A DNA stretch of 32,000 nucleotides from the NCBI RefSeq assembly GCF_000354175.2, contig NC_022349.1, forward strand, positions 1,290,001-1,322,000, written 5' to 3'. The translations under genes and the position numbers were made by a program. Of this stretch, positions 8,882-18,755 are shown piece after piece (within the stretch, counting starts at the first letter, position 1; every line of letters starts with the position of its first letter). The notes under the pieces were generated by a model. It was given only the letters and a program-made list of their open reading frames with translations, searched no databases and was not told the origin of the DNA. The stretch comes from Vibrio alginolyticus NBRC 15630 = ATCC 17749. GTDB lineage: Bacteria > Pseudomonadota > Gammaproteobacteria > Enterobacterales > Vibrionaceae.

Positions 8882-10012
8882 TTACTCCCCTAGTCGTTGA
8901 TTGAGCATGATGCCGATGGTGATCTTCACTGGGCACTCGTAAGGTGTCACAGCGAGTAGAATTTCAACTTCTTCACTATTAACCCATGTAATGGTGATGT
9001 CATCGTCTTGAGGTGGTTTGATTTCACCAGGGAACTCGTAATCACCGATTTTTTTCACTACCGCCATTTCACGGAGGTCTTGAGTGAAATACAGCTTTGC
9101 GCTGGCTTCACTGCCTGGTGTGGAATTGAACTCTCGATCAGCAATTCGTGCGATTGCTCGTACCCGTACTTTACGTGCTGCTTTCATGGCAACGCGAATG
9201 TGACGAATATCTTGATAATCACCACCAGGGACATCTAGCGTACGTCCAGTTGTCCAATATTGCCCCGGATAGTCCGGATACCACATCGGTACAGCGATTC
9301 GAGAAGCTTCTAGTGCTTTAAGTGTTGCTAGCTCTAATGGCTTTCCATCCTTATCTTTTGCTAATGCCATACTGCCGAGAATGCTGCCTGTTTTTACTCG
9401 TGCCGGTGAGTCAGCAATAGATACTTCTTGATTGGCCAACCGACCTGCATAAATGCCAACTGTAGAGTTTCCTTCGTGTACTTGTGGCACTACGGTGATG
9501 TATTCACTTGCAATGTTCTTTGGCACATTCACCGTTTGCGCTAACCACTCAGCCCATGTTTCACCGTCCTCGGAATCATTAATTCCTGGTAAGGAACAGA
9601 TCATGAAAACTTCTCGTCCAAGCTTGGCTTTAAGTTCATGCCGAAATGCGACTGCATCTTCAAGAGTGGACGCTCCAGTATTTGGCTTATCCAACACAAC
9701 AGCTTCAAAGCTTGATGTCTCATTGGCTTTAAAAACCGCAGCCTGCCAACTATCTGATGGGTTTAAAACGATCACACCGGCAGTCCAGTTCTGTTTCCCA
9801 TTTAACTGAGCAGCTTTTAGCGTGAGCATGTGTACAGGGTCGATGTTATCGAACGTGCTGTCTGAAAAATCCGTGGTGTTATCCACCATAATTAGGTTGC
9901 GCTCTGTTCCTGCAACTGTGCCGTACACAACAAACAGAAAGTGAAATTCAACGCCCGGGATCGGTCCGCGCATCATGTTCAGAATGTTAATAATGACGGT
10001 AGGCCATGCCAT
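8882..10012 (-). CDS. Contractile tail sheath protein (P2 FI position)
   Basis: 376 aa. Called on position between the tail-completion and tube genes, and on size. Confidence 0.6.
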   Translation of the reverse strand: MAWPTVIINILNMMRGPIPGVEFHFLFVVYGTVAGTERNLIMVDNTTDFSDSTFDNIDPVHMLTLKAAQLNGKQNWTAGVIVLNPSDSWQAAVFKANETSSFEAVVLDKPNTGASTLEDAVAFRHELKAKLGREVFMICSLPGINDSEDGETWAEWLAQTVNVPKNIASEYITVVPQVHEGNSTVGIYAGRLANQEVSIADSPARVKTGSILGSMALAKDKDGKPLELATLKALEASRIAVPMWYPDYPGQYWTTGRTLDVPGGDYQDIRHIRVAMKAARKVRVRAIARIADREFNSTPGSEASAKLYFTQDLREMAVVKKIGDYEFPGEIKPPQDDDITITWVNSEEVEILLAVTPYECPVKITIGIMLNQRLGE

Positions 10013-10014
10013 GT

Positions 10015-10674
10015 TTAGTTGCTCCTATTTCGATTCATTTCCCGCTTGATAATCATTGCTGCCCGTTTCGGACTAATGCCTATCAATCGGCGTTCTGGGC
10101 GATCTACTTCCCACTTACGTGATGGCGTTTTATTTTCCAGATCACTAATCAGTTTTGCGGCTTCAGCGACGGTCATATTCTGAGTAATGAATTTGAGCGT
10201 TGGCTTTTTGCCTCTCTTCTGCCTGCCTTGGGGCGGAAGTCTGTAACCTAAATCGCGTAACTCTTTTGCTTGCTCTCTCGTTGCCGGGTCGGTTTTCTTT
10301 GGTTCTTTCGCTTTCTTGGCTTGCTTGAATCTCTGCTGCAATCCGCTTTCCTCTGCTTCACCGGTATGGTGAGCCAGTGCAACGGTTCCTCGTCTTGATG
10401 GCCAACCAACAACCAAAACCCGGTTATTGTCTTTTTGAAAATGCTTTAGCTTCTTAGTGAAACCTTTAAGCATTTTTCGCCTGCCGTTTTTGCGCTTTGA
10501 CCACGCTTTACCGTCTGGGTCACGCTGTGCTCGAATGTTTTTTTTGGTCGTTTTGGTGATGTATTTACCAAGCTCTTTCAGCACTCGGGCTCTGGCTTTT
10601 TTCTCAAGCTTTAGCAGCTCGAATTGCTCTTTAACTCGCAAATAACTGCGCTTATCGGCCCGTATCTCATACAT
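10015..10674 (-). CDS. Virion morphogenesis / tail completion protein (gpS-like)
   Basis: 219 aa, very basic. The N-terminal part resembles phage virion morphogenesis (Phage_tail_S) proteins. Position matches. Confidence 0.5.
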   Translation of the reverse strand: MYEIRADKRSYLRVKEQFELLKLEKKARARVLKELGKYITKTTKKNIRAQRDPDGKAWSKRKNGRRKMLKGFTKKLKHFQKDNNRVLVVGWPSRRGTVALAHHTGEAEESGLQQRFKQAKKAKEPKKTDPATREQAKELRDLGYRLPPQGRQKRGKKPTLKFITQNMTVAEAAKLISDLENKTPSRKWEVDRPERRLIGISPKRAAMIIKREMNRNRSN

Positions 10675-11155
10675 TGCGGAGAACTACATTTGATAGCCTT
10701 TCCGCCTGCCAAATCTCGTACTCTTCAATCTTCCAGCGTTGACCATTCCAATAGATTGGCCCGTCTGGGTCTGCAGCCACTTTGACGGGTTCTTCAAACA
10801 TGACTGAGACCAATACTTCGGCGTTTTTCTCATCTTCCAGTACTACGTCTACGTCTGGGTCGTCTAAGTCTTCGATGCGGAAACGGTCAGAATCGTTGTC
10901 CATCAACCACGCCCCAACATTGGCGAACAGCACCGCTGGGTCGTATTCTTTGAAAGGGAATTTGTCGAAGTAGAAGTCAGCAACATAACGCTGATACAGC
11001 AGGTCAAAACCATGGCCCATGTGCTTGGTTTCTAGTTTCAACTCAACCTTGCCCATTTCACATTCCATGCGCTTGGCTATCTTGTCGCCCACAACGCTGA
11101 TTAAAAATGCATTTAGATCACGCAGCTTGTAGCCTGCTTGGTATTGCGTTCTCAT
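10667..11155 (-). CDS. Head-tail joining / tail completion protein, unassigned
   Basis: 162 aa acidic protein. Its ATG overlaps the TGA of the gpL-like gene (ATGA). Called on synteny only. Confidence 0.4.
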   Translation of the reverse strand: MRTQYQAGYKLRDLNAFLISVVGDKIAKRMECEMGKVELKLETKHMGHGFDLLYQRYVADFYFDKFPFKEYDPAVLFANVGAWLMDNDSDRFRIEDLDDPDVDVVLEDEKNAEVLVSVMFEEPVKVAADPDGPIYWNGQRWKIEEYEIWQAERLSNVVLRNV

Positions 11156-11616
11156 AGCAAATCCACCGATGAACGGTTCAGCCCTTTCATATTTCGAATA
11201 ATGCGCTGGCTTTCTGAAAGTAATTCAGTGCGCACCTCTACGCTTCTGTCTGCGATGTGATCGCCCTTGTCCTTGGTATGAACAGTTGCAATGTCCGGCA
11301 GCAAATCAGCTTTGGCTCTCGCAAATACTGCTGATTCGTATTGATATACAACACGATTTTTATCATTCATTTTCGGAAAAGCAGGAACATCGCCAGCAGT
11401 TGCATGCCCCTCTTCCTGATACATAGCTTTTAAGTCTTCGAGTTGCTGATTAACTTCCGAAACCGCATTAACTAGAGCGATAGCAATACGTTCTGAATCT
11501 TGAGCAGCAGGAATACCGCGACGCTTTTCAAAATCACCGGCATTGATGTTCGGCCAAAAACCGTCATTAGTGATTTCTGTCGCTTGATAATCCGAACCGG
11601 AAGATCCCGTAAACAT
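11152..11616 (-). CDS. L: Head completion/stabilisation protein (gpL-like)
   Basis: The likely start is MFTGSSGSDYQ at 11616, preceded by AGAGGAA. Follows the gpM-like gene as in P2 O-N-M-L. Confidence 0.65.
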   Translation of the reverse strand: MFTGSSGSDYQATEITNDGFWPNINAGDFEKRRGIPAAQDSERIAIALVNAVSEVNQQLEDLKAMYQEEGHATAGDVPAFPKMNDKNRVVYQYESAVFARAKADLLPDIATVHTKDKGDHIADRSVEVRTELLSESQRIIRNMKGLNRSSVDLL

Positions 11617-11724
11617 CGTTATTCCTCTTTTAATAAGTGAGCCTCTAGCCACTGGGTCGACGGTATTGAGTTAGCCTATTGGCACTCTTACCTCACCAGC
11701 CGAGGCTCGGCGGCGTAGGAGCTG

Positions 11725-12441
11725 TTATAAGTTTTTGTTGTCTTTAATCGCTCGAATACGTTGTTCTACCTGACCAATTTTGGTTTTCACCCCAATTTTG
11801 GCGTACTTCTCATGAGCACACTGCAGTAGCAACAAGGCCTTTTCCAAGGTATCTAAACAACCGATAGATGTCGGTTGCGGTTGTCCTTCTTCATTTCGAA
11901 GTAAGTGCAACCCAGCAAATCGATACCACTTGGCATGCACTTCTTCGTGTAGTCGCCATTCGCTCTCAACCTTTTCAAAAACCGCGCTGAAATAAGGCTC
12001 GATAGAATGTCCTCTGCCAGACTCTTTTTCCGCCCAAGCTAAAACTTCATCGGCGCACACGGTTGGCCAGTCACGTCGGAAGTTATCTGGTGTAGGTAAA
12101 TCAAGCGCTATGGCTTTCAAGCACCAATCAATCGCGGTTTCCATGTCGTTGACATCGAACAACCAGATAACCATATTGGTGAAAATTGGGTTCTCGAATA
12201 CTTCGCCTTTTGCTAGGTAAGCTTCCACGTACGGTTTGTACTTGGGCACCAAAACATCACGCTTATGTTTCACCTTGTCTTCGATAGCATTGAGCTGTTT
12301 TAGATATTTGCGGTCTTCTTCAAAATCGATCAGCTTGATGTGCAGGCTTTCGGTATTTGCACTAGCACTCAACTTCGATGCAGAATGACTGACTTGATTT
12401 TCTAGAAGCTGACGACGCTGCCTTGCTAAAGGACTAGCCAT
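11725..12441 (-). CDS. M: Terminase small (endonuclease) subunit, gpM-like
   Basis: 238 aa. The N-terminus MASPLARQRRQ parallels P2 gpM MTSPAQRH. Overall collinear resemblance and synteny. Confidence 0.8.
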   Translation of the reverse strand: MASPLARQRRQLLENQVSHSASKLSASANTESLHIKLIDFEEDRKYLKQLNAIEDKVKHKRDVLVPKYKPYVEAYLAKGEVFENPIFTNMVIWLFDVNDMETAIDWCLKAIALDLPTPDNFRRDWPTVCADEVLAWAEKESGRGHSIEPYFSAVFEKVESEWRLHEEVHAKWYRFAGLHLLRNEEGQPQPTSIGCLDTLEKALLLLQCAHEKYAKIGVKTKIGQVEQRIRAIKDNKNL

Positions 12442-13456
12442 TCATCACCTCTGCAGTGGCTGATTCGACGACTGAAACAGATTCGATAGCCGCGAACTTT
12501 TTAAGATTTCCCACAGCGTAACCTTCCATACGGATATGGTTTTGCTTGAAACGAAGCTCATCTTCATCGTTTTTCTGCTTACGCCACTGAGTGCCTTCTT
12601 GCGTCAGAATCTGTAGGTTCTTGGTATTGGTAACCCAAAGTTGATCAGCCGGGAAAAATGGTGGTGTGTAAGCCTTTTTGCCAGCAATTGTCTTGGCTAG
12701 GCTTTGGGCCGCTTTATGCTCTGTTGGACTATCGGCAGCCTCAAGTAAGCGGTGCTGCTCAGCCGCGACTAGATTCGACCCAACTAAAACAACGAGATCT
12801 GGGTCTTGACGATGTTCGGGAGCAATCGTCGTGTTGATTAGATCTTGCGTAAGTGAATCAAGATTCTTGTATGAATCAGTCGCAGTGCCTGTTGGGTCAA
12901 GCTTTGCTGATGCGAGTACCTGGCTAGATCTCTTCTCTTTAACAATCGTGAGCCAGCCTTTATTTACATCCTGGCCTAATGGATTTTTAATCGGGTCCGT
13001 ATTAGTTGCGATAGACGTACCGTTAAAACCGACACGCAACATATCCAATGCAAAACGACGAGAAATCGCGCTTTTCATCATGCTCAACCAGTGACCTTTA
13101 GAGCCAGAGTTTGCCCATTGCGTCATAGTTTCCCAAAGGATGTGTGCTCCTGAATCTGTCTTTGTAAGCTCGTAGGTATTACCACTTTGGCCCACTTCCA
13201 CGCTAAAACGTCCCGAACCAGATCGACCGGTCGAAAGGCCATCATCACCAACATCAACAACCTGACCTTTGATTTGCTGAACTGGCAGCAATGAAACCAT
13301 ACCTAGGAAAGCATCCGATTCCATAATTGCTTGACGTAGCTTAGTTTCCATTGGGGGCGTCAAGTTAAACGACTGTGTACCTTGCGGAGCATTTGCGGCG
13401 GATAACGTCGCTGTACAAAACTCTTGTAAATAACTGGTAGATAGTGCGTTCAGCAT
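12434..13456 (-). CDS. N: Major capsid protein, gpN-like
   Basis: 340 aa. Recognisable blocks shared with P2 gpN: ...LRVGFNGTS..., ...GWL..., ...QDPDLVVLVGSNL.... Synteny agrees. Confidence 0.85.
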   Translation of the reverse strand: MLNALSTSYLQEFCTATLSAANAPQGTQSFNLTPPMETKLRQAIMESDAFLGMVSLLPVQQIKGQVVDVGDDGLSTGRSGSGRFSVEVGQSGNTYELTKTDSGAHILWETMTQWANSGSKGHWLSMMKSAISRRFALDMLRVGFNGTSIATNTDPIKNPLGQDVNKGWLTIVKEKRSSQVLASAKLDPTGTATDSYKNLDSLTQDLINTTIAPEHRQDPDLVVLVGSNLVAAEQHRLLEAADSPTEHKAAQSLAKTIAGKKAYTPPFFPADQLWVTNTKNLQILTQEGTQWRKQKNDEDELRFKQNHIRMEGYAVGNLKKFAAIESVSVVESATAEVMNG

Positions 13457-14322
13457 TAAAACATCTCCTTAGATGAGAAAGATTCACTAGCACCTGATGG
13501 ATCTGGTTCCTGGTCAGGGACTTCTTGTGATAGTTCAGCAAACTTAGTTTCTAGTCCGTTCACTTTCTCAAACAACGGATTTAGCTTTTCTTCCAGCGCA
13601 GCGGAAAACTGCTCGACCGTCGCATCTTTGCTTGCTACTTCTGGTGTTTCTGGTTGTTCAGGTGTGTTTTGCAAATTGAACTCTTCTTTTAGTTCTTGCT
13701 TAAACTCACCTTTGAAAGCAGAAAACTGCTCTTTTAGTGCGACTTTTAATTGTTCTTCGGTCACGTTGGTGCCCTCTGCTGTTGATAGCGTTTCTGGCTC
13801 TTCATCGTCAGAAGAGAAAAATTCATTGAGTGCCGCAAAAAAGCGGTCTTTGCGAGTAAAGCAATCTGAAAAGTCCACCTCTTCTAAATGGCTTGCTTTG
13901 ATCTCGGTGGTTTCCCCATGAACACGAGAGAATTGAAGGAGCGATGTTCCTGTGGAGGCTGGGGAGTCAGTCGCAGCTAGGCCCATTAGATAGCAACGCC
14001 CTTCCCCCTTGTAGTCGGGATTTGGCTCAATAGATGTGAAAAGTTTTTGTTTTTTACGGTTGGCTTCAAGCAGATAGTCATTCGGCTCTAGCTTGGCGAA
14101 CAGACGTAATTTTCCGCCTTGTTCCTCCGCTTTTACTTCAACCACTCGGCCCCAGTTTTCACCGTAACCGTAAAATCGACGATGCTCAGGCCAAATTAGT
14201 GCGGTGTACTCATCCATCGAATAACTAGCGGCCATTTGCTCAATCCAATCACGGGTTATTTTACGCCCGTCGACGGTCGGTCCTTCTGTCGCGATGATTT
14301 TCCACTCACTAATCTTTGGCAT
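13456..14322 (-). CDS. O: Capsid scaffolding protein/protease, gpO-like
   Basis: The N-terminal block [21 protein letters not shown] parallels P2 gpO. The C-terminus is acidic and helical. The ATG at 14322 is preferred over the TTG at 14343. Confidence 0.8.
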   Translation of the reverse strand: MPKISEWKIIATEGPTVDGRKITRDWIEQMAASYSMDEYTALIWPEHRRFYGYGENWGRVVEVKAEEQGGKLRLFAKLEPNDYLLEANRKKQKLFTSIEPNPDYKGEGRCYLMGLAATDSPASTGTSLLQFSRVHGETTEIKASHLEEVDFSDCFTRKDRFFAALNEFFSSDDEEPETLSTAEGTNVTEEQLKVALKEQFSAFKGEFKQELKEEFNLQNTPEQPETPEVASKDATVEQFSAALEEKLNPLFEKVNGLETKFAELSQEVPDQEPDPSGASESFSSKEMF

Positions 14323-14408
14323 TTTTGTACTCAAACTTGTCAATCACATACGGTTCGAGCCAACAATACGCCTTTGAATGTGTCGTTTCAGCTACTTCAA
14401 TTCCTTGT

Positions 14409-14435
14409 AATTCGGATACATTTACTATCCGAATT
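14409..14435. promoter_or_regulatory. 10-bp perfect inverted repeat AATTCGGATA-N7-TATCCGAATT in the divergent O/P late control region
   Basis: Read directly from the sequence. Centred about 66 nt upstream of the terminase ATG (14488). Confidence 0.4.
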
Positions 14436-14487
14436 CATCCGAACTTTGCTTAGTCATCTGCAAGTTTTCGGCGCGTATGATGCGCTT

Positions 14488-16275
14488 ATGGCATATTCTC
14501 CCGAAATACGACAAGCCGCCCGAGCACTCTATTTGAAAGCTTGGACGCCACGTGAAATCGCTACCGAACTGAACCTGAATAATGAGCGCATCATTTATTA
14601 CTGGGCAGATAAATTCGGTTGGCGCGATATGTTGCGTGAACAAACCATTGATGAAGCGATAGCAAATCGAATTCAAACACTGCTTGAACTTGTTGACCCC
14701 AGTAAAAACCAACTAGACATGCTCGATCGGCTTATCAAGCATCACGCTGCATTAAAGAAACAAAGGGCACAAGAAAAGCAGCAAGGTGAGCAACCTTTAA
14801 ATACAGGGAATAAAAAGCACGACGGTACGAATAGCCGTAACAGCCAGAAATCTAGCAGTAATTCAAAGTCTACCAAGAAACGTAAAAGTAAAAAGAATGA
14901 CATCAGCGAACTGAGTGAAGATGACTTTGTCACATGGCATGACTCCCTGTTTGCCTATCAGCATGTAATGCGCAACAACATAAAACAGCGTATTCGAAAC
15001 ATTCTTAAGTCCCGCCAGATTGGCGCAACTTACTACTTCAGTGGTGAAGCGTTAGAAGATGCGATTCTGACCGGCGATAACCAGATCTTTTTGTCAGCAT
15101 CACGAGCTCAAGCGGAAGTTTTCCGCAGCTACATCATTGCTATTGCAAAAGAGTTCTTAGACATAGAGCTAACTGGAAACCCGATCATTCTCTCCAATGG
15201 TGCTGAACTTCGTTTTTTATCTACCAATAGCAAAACCGCGCAAAGTTACCACGGCCATGTTTATGTAGATGAGTATTTCTGGATACCGAAGTTTGACGAA
15301 CTAAACAAACTCGCTTCGGCAATGGCTACCCATAAAAAATGGCGTAAAACCTACTTTTCGACACCATCATCGAAAATGCACCAGGCATATCCGTTTTGGA
15401 CGGGCGACCAATGGCGAAAAGGCAGAGACTCACGCGCCAAAATTGAGTTTCCAACGTTCGATGAATATCGCGATGGGGGTGTACTTTGCCCTGATAAGCA
15501 GTGGCGATATGTCGTCACGATTGAAGACGCTGCTGCAGGCGGCTGTGAACTATTTGATATTGAAGAACTGAAGGACGAATACAGTAAAGACGATTTCGAT
15601 AACCTGTTTATGTGTATCTTCGTCGACGGCTCTTTGTCTGTATTCAAATTCTCTGACCTCGAAAAAGGCATGGTTGACTCTGCCCACTGGCAGGACTTCA
15701 AGCCGAAAACAAAATCACCGTTTGCCGGGCGTGAAGTATGGTTGGGTTATGACCCTAGCCGAACGCGAGACAATGCTTGTTTGGTAGTAATAGCTCCACC
15801 GGCAGTTGCAGGTGAAAAGTTTCGTGTCTTAGAGAAGCACTACTGGAAAGGACTTAACTTCCAGTACCACGTGAGTGAAATTGAAAAGGTATTTCAACGC
15901 TACAAAGTCACTTACATAGGCGTTGATACTACAGGCATTGGTGGCGGTGTTTGGGACTTAATTAAGAAAAAGCACCCTCGTGAGGCCCACGCCATACATT
16001 ACAGCAACGAAAACAAGAATCGCCTAGTAATGAAGATGATCGATATCGTAGAAGCAAAACGACTGCAGTTTGATGCCGAACACAAAGACATTGCTATGGC
16101 ATTTATGGCGATTAAACGAGTGCCGACCAATAGCGGTAACGCTATGACCTTTAAAGCAGAGCGAAGTGAAACAACAGGCCACGCTGATGCGTTTTGGGCC
16201 ATTTCACACGCCATTATCAATGAGCCGCTAGACCACAACACACCAACGAAATCAACCTGGGCGACTGCAGCATGA
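14488..16275 (+). CDS. P: Terminase large (ATPase) subunit, gpP-like
   Basis: The true start is [19 protein letters not shown]... at 14488 (595 aa; P2 gpP is about 590 aa). The upstream extension in the ORF track overlaps the scaffold gene. Contains the [18 protein letters not shown] block. Confidence 0.85.
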   Translation: MAYSPEIRQAARALYLKAWTPREIATELNLNNERIIYYWADKFGWRDMLREQTIDEAIANRIQTLLELVDPSKNQLDMLDRLIKHHAALKKQRAQEKQQGEQPLNTGNKKHDGTNSRNSQKSSSNSKSTKKRKSKKNDISELSEDDFVTWHDSLFAYQHVMRNNIKQRIRNILKSRQIGATYYFSGEALEDAILTGDNQIFLSASRAQAEVFRSYIIAIAKEFLDIELTGNPIILSNGAELRFLSTNSKTAQSYHGHVYVDEYFWIPKFDELNKLASAMATHKKWRKTYFSTPSSKMHQAYPFWTGDQWRKGRDSRAKIEFPTFDEYRDGGVLCPDKQWRYVVTIEDAAAGGCELFDIEELKDEYSKDDFDNLFMCIFVDGSLSVFKFSDLEKGMVDSAHWQDFKPKTKSPFAGREVWLGYDPSRTRDNACLVVIAPPAVAGEKFRVLEKHYWKGLNFQYHVSEIEKVFQRYKVTYIGVDTTGIGGGVWDLIKKKHPREAHAIHYSNENKNRLVMKMIDIVEAKRLQFDAEHKDIAMAFMAIKRVPTNSGNAMTFKAERSETTGHADAFWAISHAIINEPLDHNTPTKSTWATAA

Positions 16276-17303
16276 ACAATCAAAAAGACAAACTAGTACA
16301 ACAGGAGCAACATGTGGAATCGGTTTATCACCTTGACTCCACACCTGAGGCAATTGACTCAACGAGTTGGATGACTTCATATTCTGAGCTTTTCTATAAC
16401 GACACTGATGGTTACTGGGAACCTCCAATCTCACGCCAGGGCTTAGCAGAAACTTCACGTGCAAACGCCTATCACGGGTCTTTACTTAAAGCTCGAGCAA
16501 ATTATGTTGCTGCCCGTTTTATTTCAGGTGGCGGTTCAAGACGTCGGCAGATTCAATCTTTTTGTAATAACTACTTCACGTTTGGTGATGCCGCATTTTT
16601 AAAAATCCGCGACCACTTCAAGCGTGTTGTGCGCTTGTTTCCTCTACCGACCATGTATCTACGTAGACGTAAAAATGGGGACTTCGTTTTGCTAGAGCGA
16701 GACAACAAGCAACGAGTATACAAAGAGAATGACATCATTTTTTTGCCTCAAGAAGATCTGCAGCAACAAGTTTATGGATTACCTGACTATCTAGGTAGTT
16801 TACAAAGTAGCTTACTAAACCGTGATGCAACGCTATTTCGTCGTCGCTATTACAAGAACGGTGCACACATGGGATTCATTTTTTACGCCACGGATCCAAA
16901 CCTTAGTGATGACGACGAACAAATGCTGAAGGAAAAAATCGCGAGCTCCAAAGGGGTGGGTAACTTTAGAAGTATGTTTGTTAATATTCCAGGCGGTGCG
17001 GAAAAAGGGATTCAGCTAATCCCGGTGGGCGATATCGCGACAAAAGATGAATTTGAGCGAATCAAAAACATCACTGCGCAAGATATTCTCGTAGGCCATC
17101 GCTTCCCTATAGGAAAAGCAGGAATAATTCCCCAGGGAACGACTAATCTGGGTGACCCCGTCAAAATTGGCAGTGAGTATGCCAAAGACGAAATCATACC
17201 TGTATGCGAATTAATTATGGATGAAGTTAACAACGATCCAGAGATAAGAAATATCAAAAATCTACATTTAAAATTTGATACTACGTTTGGAGAATGCTCA
17301 TAA
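16272..17303 (+). CDS. Q: Portal protein, gpQ-like
   Basis: 343 aa. Its ATG overlaps the terminase stop. The P-then-Q order on one strand opposite O-N-M-L matches P2. Confidence 0.8.
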   Translation: MNNQKDKLVQQEQHVESVYHLDSTPEAIDSTSWMTSYSELFYNDTDGYWEPPISRQGLAETSRANAYHGSLLKARANYVAARFISGGGSRRRQIQSFCNNYFTFGDAAFLKIRDHFKRVVRLFPLPTMYLRRRKNGDFVLLERDNKQRVYKENDIIFLPQEDLQQQVYGLPDYLGSLQSSLLNRDATLFRRRYYKNGAHMGFIFYATDPNLSDDDEQMLKEKIASSKGVGNFRSMFVNIPGGAEKGIQLIPVGDIATKDEFERIKNITAQDILVGHRFPIGKAGIIPQGTTNLGDPVKIGSEYAKDEIIPVCELIMDEVNNDPEIRNIKNLHLKFDTTFGECS

Positions 17304-17368
17304 ACCTGTACAAAAACACAGCCCTTTGACGTATCATTATTTGGTCAGTCAATAAGTTAGGTGCTTGT

Positions 17369-17620
17369 ATGAGAGTATTGTGTCCGGAGTGTGGTTGTAA
17401 AAGCCGAATTCAAAAATCCAATCGACTATCCAATAGTCATGCCGATTTATATTGCAGTTGTAGTGACCCAGAATGCGGGCATAGTTTTGTGATGAACTTG
17501 TCTTATAGTCATACTTTAAGCCCATCGGCAAAAACAACTAGTCAAATAGCTTTTGATTTATGTAAGGCGTTGCCGCCAGAGGCACGACAACAGCTCAAAC
17601 ATCAACTCTCGATACTATAG
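17369..17620 (+). CDS. ogr: Ogr/Delta-family zinc-finger late transcription activator
   Basis: CPEC-x22-C-x4-C spacing (CPECGCKSRIQKSNRLSNSHADLYCSCSDPEC). 83 aa. Confidence 0.8.
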   Translation: MRVLCPECGCKSRIQKSNRLSNSHADLYCSCSDPECGHSFVMNLSYSHTLSPSAKTTSQIAFDLCKALPPEARQQLKHQLSIL

Positions 17621-17848
17621 TGAATCTTGTATAAACGCCGTGCTATCTACTTCAGAAGCCATCTCGACAATGCTCAAGATGGCTTTTTGTTTTTCGGAGT
17701 CCAACTGCCCTTTTGTATCAGCCAGTATTAAGCCAGCAATATATGCACCTGCCGCTCTAGTCCTCTCTGTTGCCTCACTATTAGCCACACCATCAATGAC
17801 GATTTCTAAAGCAGACAACAAGATATCGTTTTGATTTTTATTCGACAT
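17615..17848 (-). CDS. Small acidic helical protein behind an SOS-box promoter; candidate Tum-like antirepressor (function unproven)
   Basis: The preferred start is MSNKNQNDILL at 17848, preceded by AAGGGTG. The longer GTG-initiated version would run through the LexA box. Confidence 0.5.
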   Translation of the reverse strand: MSNKNQNDILLSALEIVIDGVANSEATERTRAAGAYIAGLILADTKGQLDSEKQKAILSIVEMASEVDSTAFIQDSL

Positions 17849-17879
17849 ATCAACACCCTTACCAATCATCAGTGAAATA

Positions 17880-17899
17880 TACTGTATATCCATACAGTT
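17880..17899. promoter_or_regulatory. LexA (SOS) box TACTGTATATCCATACAGTT overlapping a minus-strand promoter
   Basis: CTGT(17882-17885)-N8-ACAG(17894-17897). On the minus strand TGGAAA (17899-17904)-N17-TATATT (17876-17881) brackets the box. Confidence 0.75.
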
Positions 17900-17935
17900 T
17901 TCCACAGTGGTTTTTAGATACCAGTCACTAGTTTG

Positions 17936-17948
17936 TTATGACGACACA
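17936..17948 (+). repeat. Left copy of the 13-bp direct repeat TTATGACGACACA bracketing the cargo segment
   Basis: Exact match to 20775-20787. The flanks are also similar (GTTTG/GTTC before, AA after one variable base). Confidence 0.7.
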
Positions 17949-18216
17949 TAAAGTAGCTAAAACGTATCTCTGCTGGAGAATGTTAGTTGATTAGCAGTGA
18001 GGAGATTTCATTTTGTAATTACTCATTTGAAGCATTTCAATTTTAAAGCAGTATTGCTGCATGACCTTCAGTTTGAAGGTTACTTTTCAATCAAACAAGA
18101 AAGCTGAACACTGATTAATATCACTAATTAAACATCTGCTAATTGAAGAGAATTATTAAAGGTTGCAATATCAGTATTGAAAATTATGTTTTAACACAAG
18201 CAACAATCTGACTTTT

Positions 18217-18681
18217 ATGAGAACTATAACAACAGAAATTCTATTATCATTATTACTTGGAGCTGTGCCGATAATATTGCTCAGCAATCAACCTGATTTT
18301 TCAGCGGCAGAAAGCTTATCGTCTTTGAATCCTGGTGACATTGTACTCAACTACTTCTTATACTTATTATGTATTCATTTAGTTATTTGGTTTTTAAATA
18401 GTCAAGTTTTAAAAACAAACCAGTCTATTTCAGCAACGCTACAAAGGGCACACGAGTTCACTCACAAGCTCGGGTTTGCCATTCATGGTGTTTATCGTGT
18501 TATAGCAGGTGCTGTTCCAGCGGCAATTTGGTTTGAAATTGATAAGCATGGATTTGTTCAAGGTTGGCAAGCGATAACTATTTTCAGTGTGGTTTTATCA
18601 ATATCTAGCTTTATCGCTAGTGTAGCTTTAGCCAAAGCTACTAACTATACAGCACCAAGAGCACTTCTTTTCGGTAAATAA
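18217..18681 (+). CDS. Integral membrane protein (about 4 TM), unknown function
   Basis: 154 aa with four hydrophobic segments. AT-rich cargo context. No good Shine-Dalgarno sequence. Confidence 0.5.
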   Translation: MRTITTEILLSLLLGAVPIILLSNQPDFSAAESLSSLNPGDIVLNYFLYLLCIHLVIWFLNSQVLKTNQSISATLQRAHEFTHKLGFAIHGVYRVIAGAVPAAIWFEIDKHGFVQGWQAITIFSVVLSISSFIASVALAKATNYTAPRALLFGK

Positions 18682-18755
18682 CATCAAAATTATAGTAGGC
18701 ATAAATATCAAGTTGCTTACATTGCAAACAAATGTAACTTTTAGAGAGACTATTA

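Noticed and set aside
14236-14487. N-terminal 84-codon extension of the terminase ORF in the six-frame track
   Set aside because: It overlaps the scaffold gene on the opposite strand and the divergent promoter region. The P2 gpP-like sequence begins at MAYSPEIRQ (ATG 14488).
14323-14487. P2-type Ogr binding site (TGT-N12-ACA) in the divergent late promoter region
   Set aside because: I checked every TGT in the interval by eye and none is followed by ACA at the 12-nt spacing. Only the unrelated 10-bp dyad is reported.
17306-17321. A fourth CTGT-N8-ACAG match (CTGTACAAAAACACAG) between the portal stop and the ogr start
   Set aside because: The interior lacks the alternating TA pattern (four departures from CTGTATATATATACAG) and the flanks are GC. 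It lies upstream of, not over, the only plausible -35 (TTGACG at 17332). I do not count it as a confident LexA box without a PWM score or binding data.
17906-18216. Search for the cos site, a type III toxin-antitoxin repeat array or a retron-like ncRNA in the 311-bp non-coding AT-rich stretch
   Set aside because: There are only short hairpins (e.g. CCTTCA-GTT-TGAAGG). There are no tandem repeats and no GC-rich cohesive-end-like segment. HP1/K139-type phages may place cos outside this window, so no call is made.
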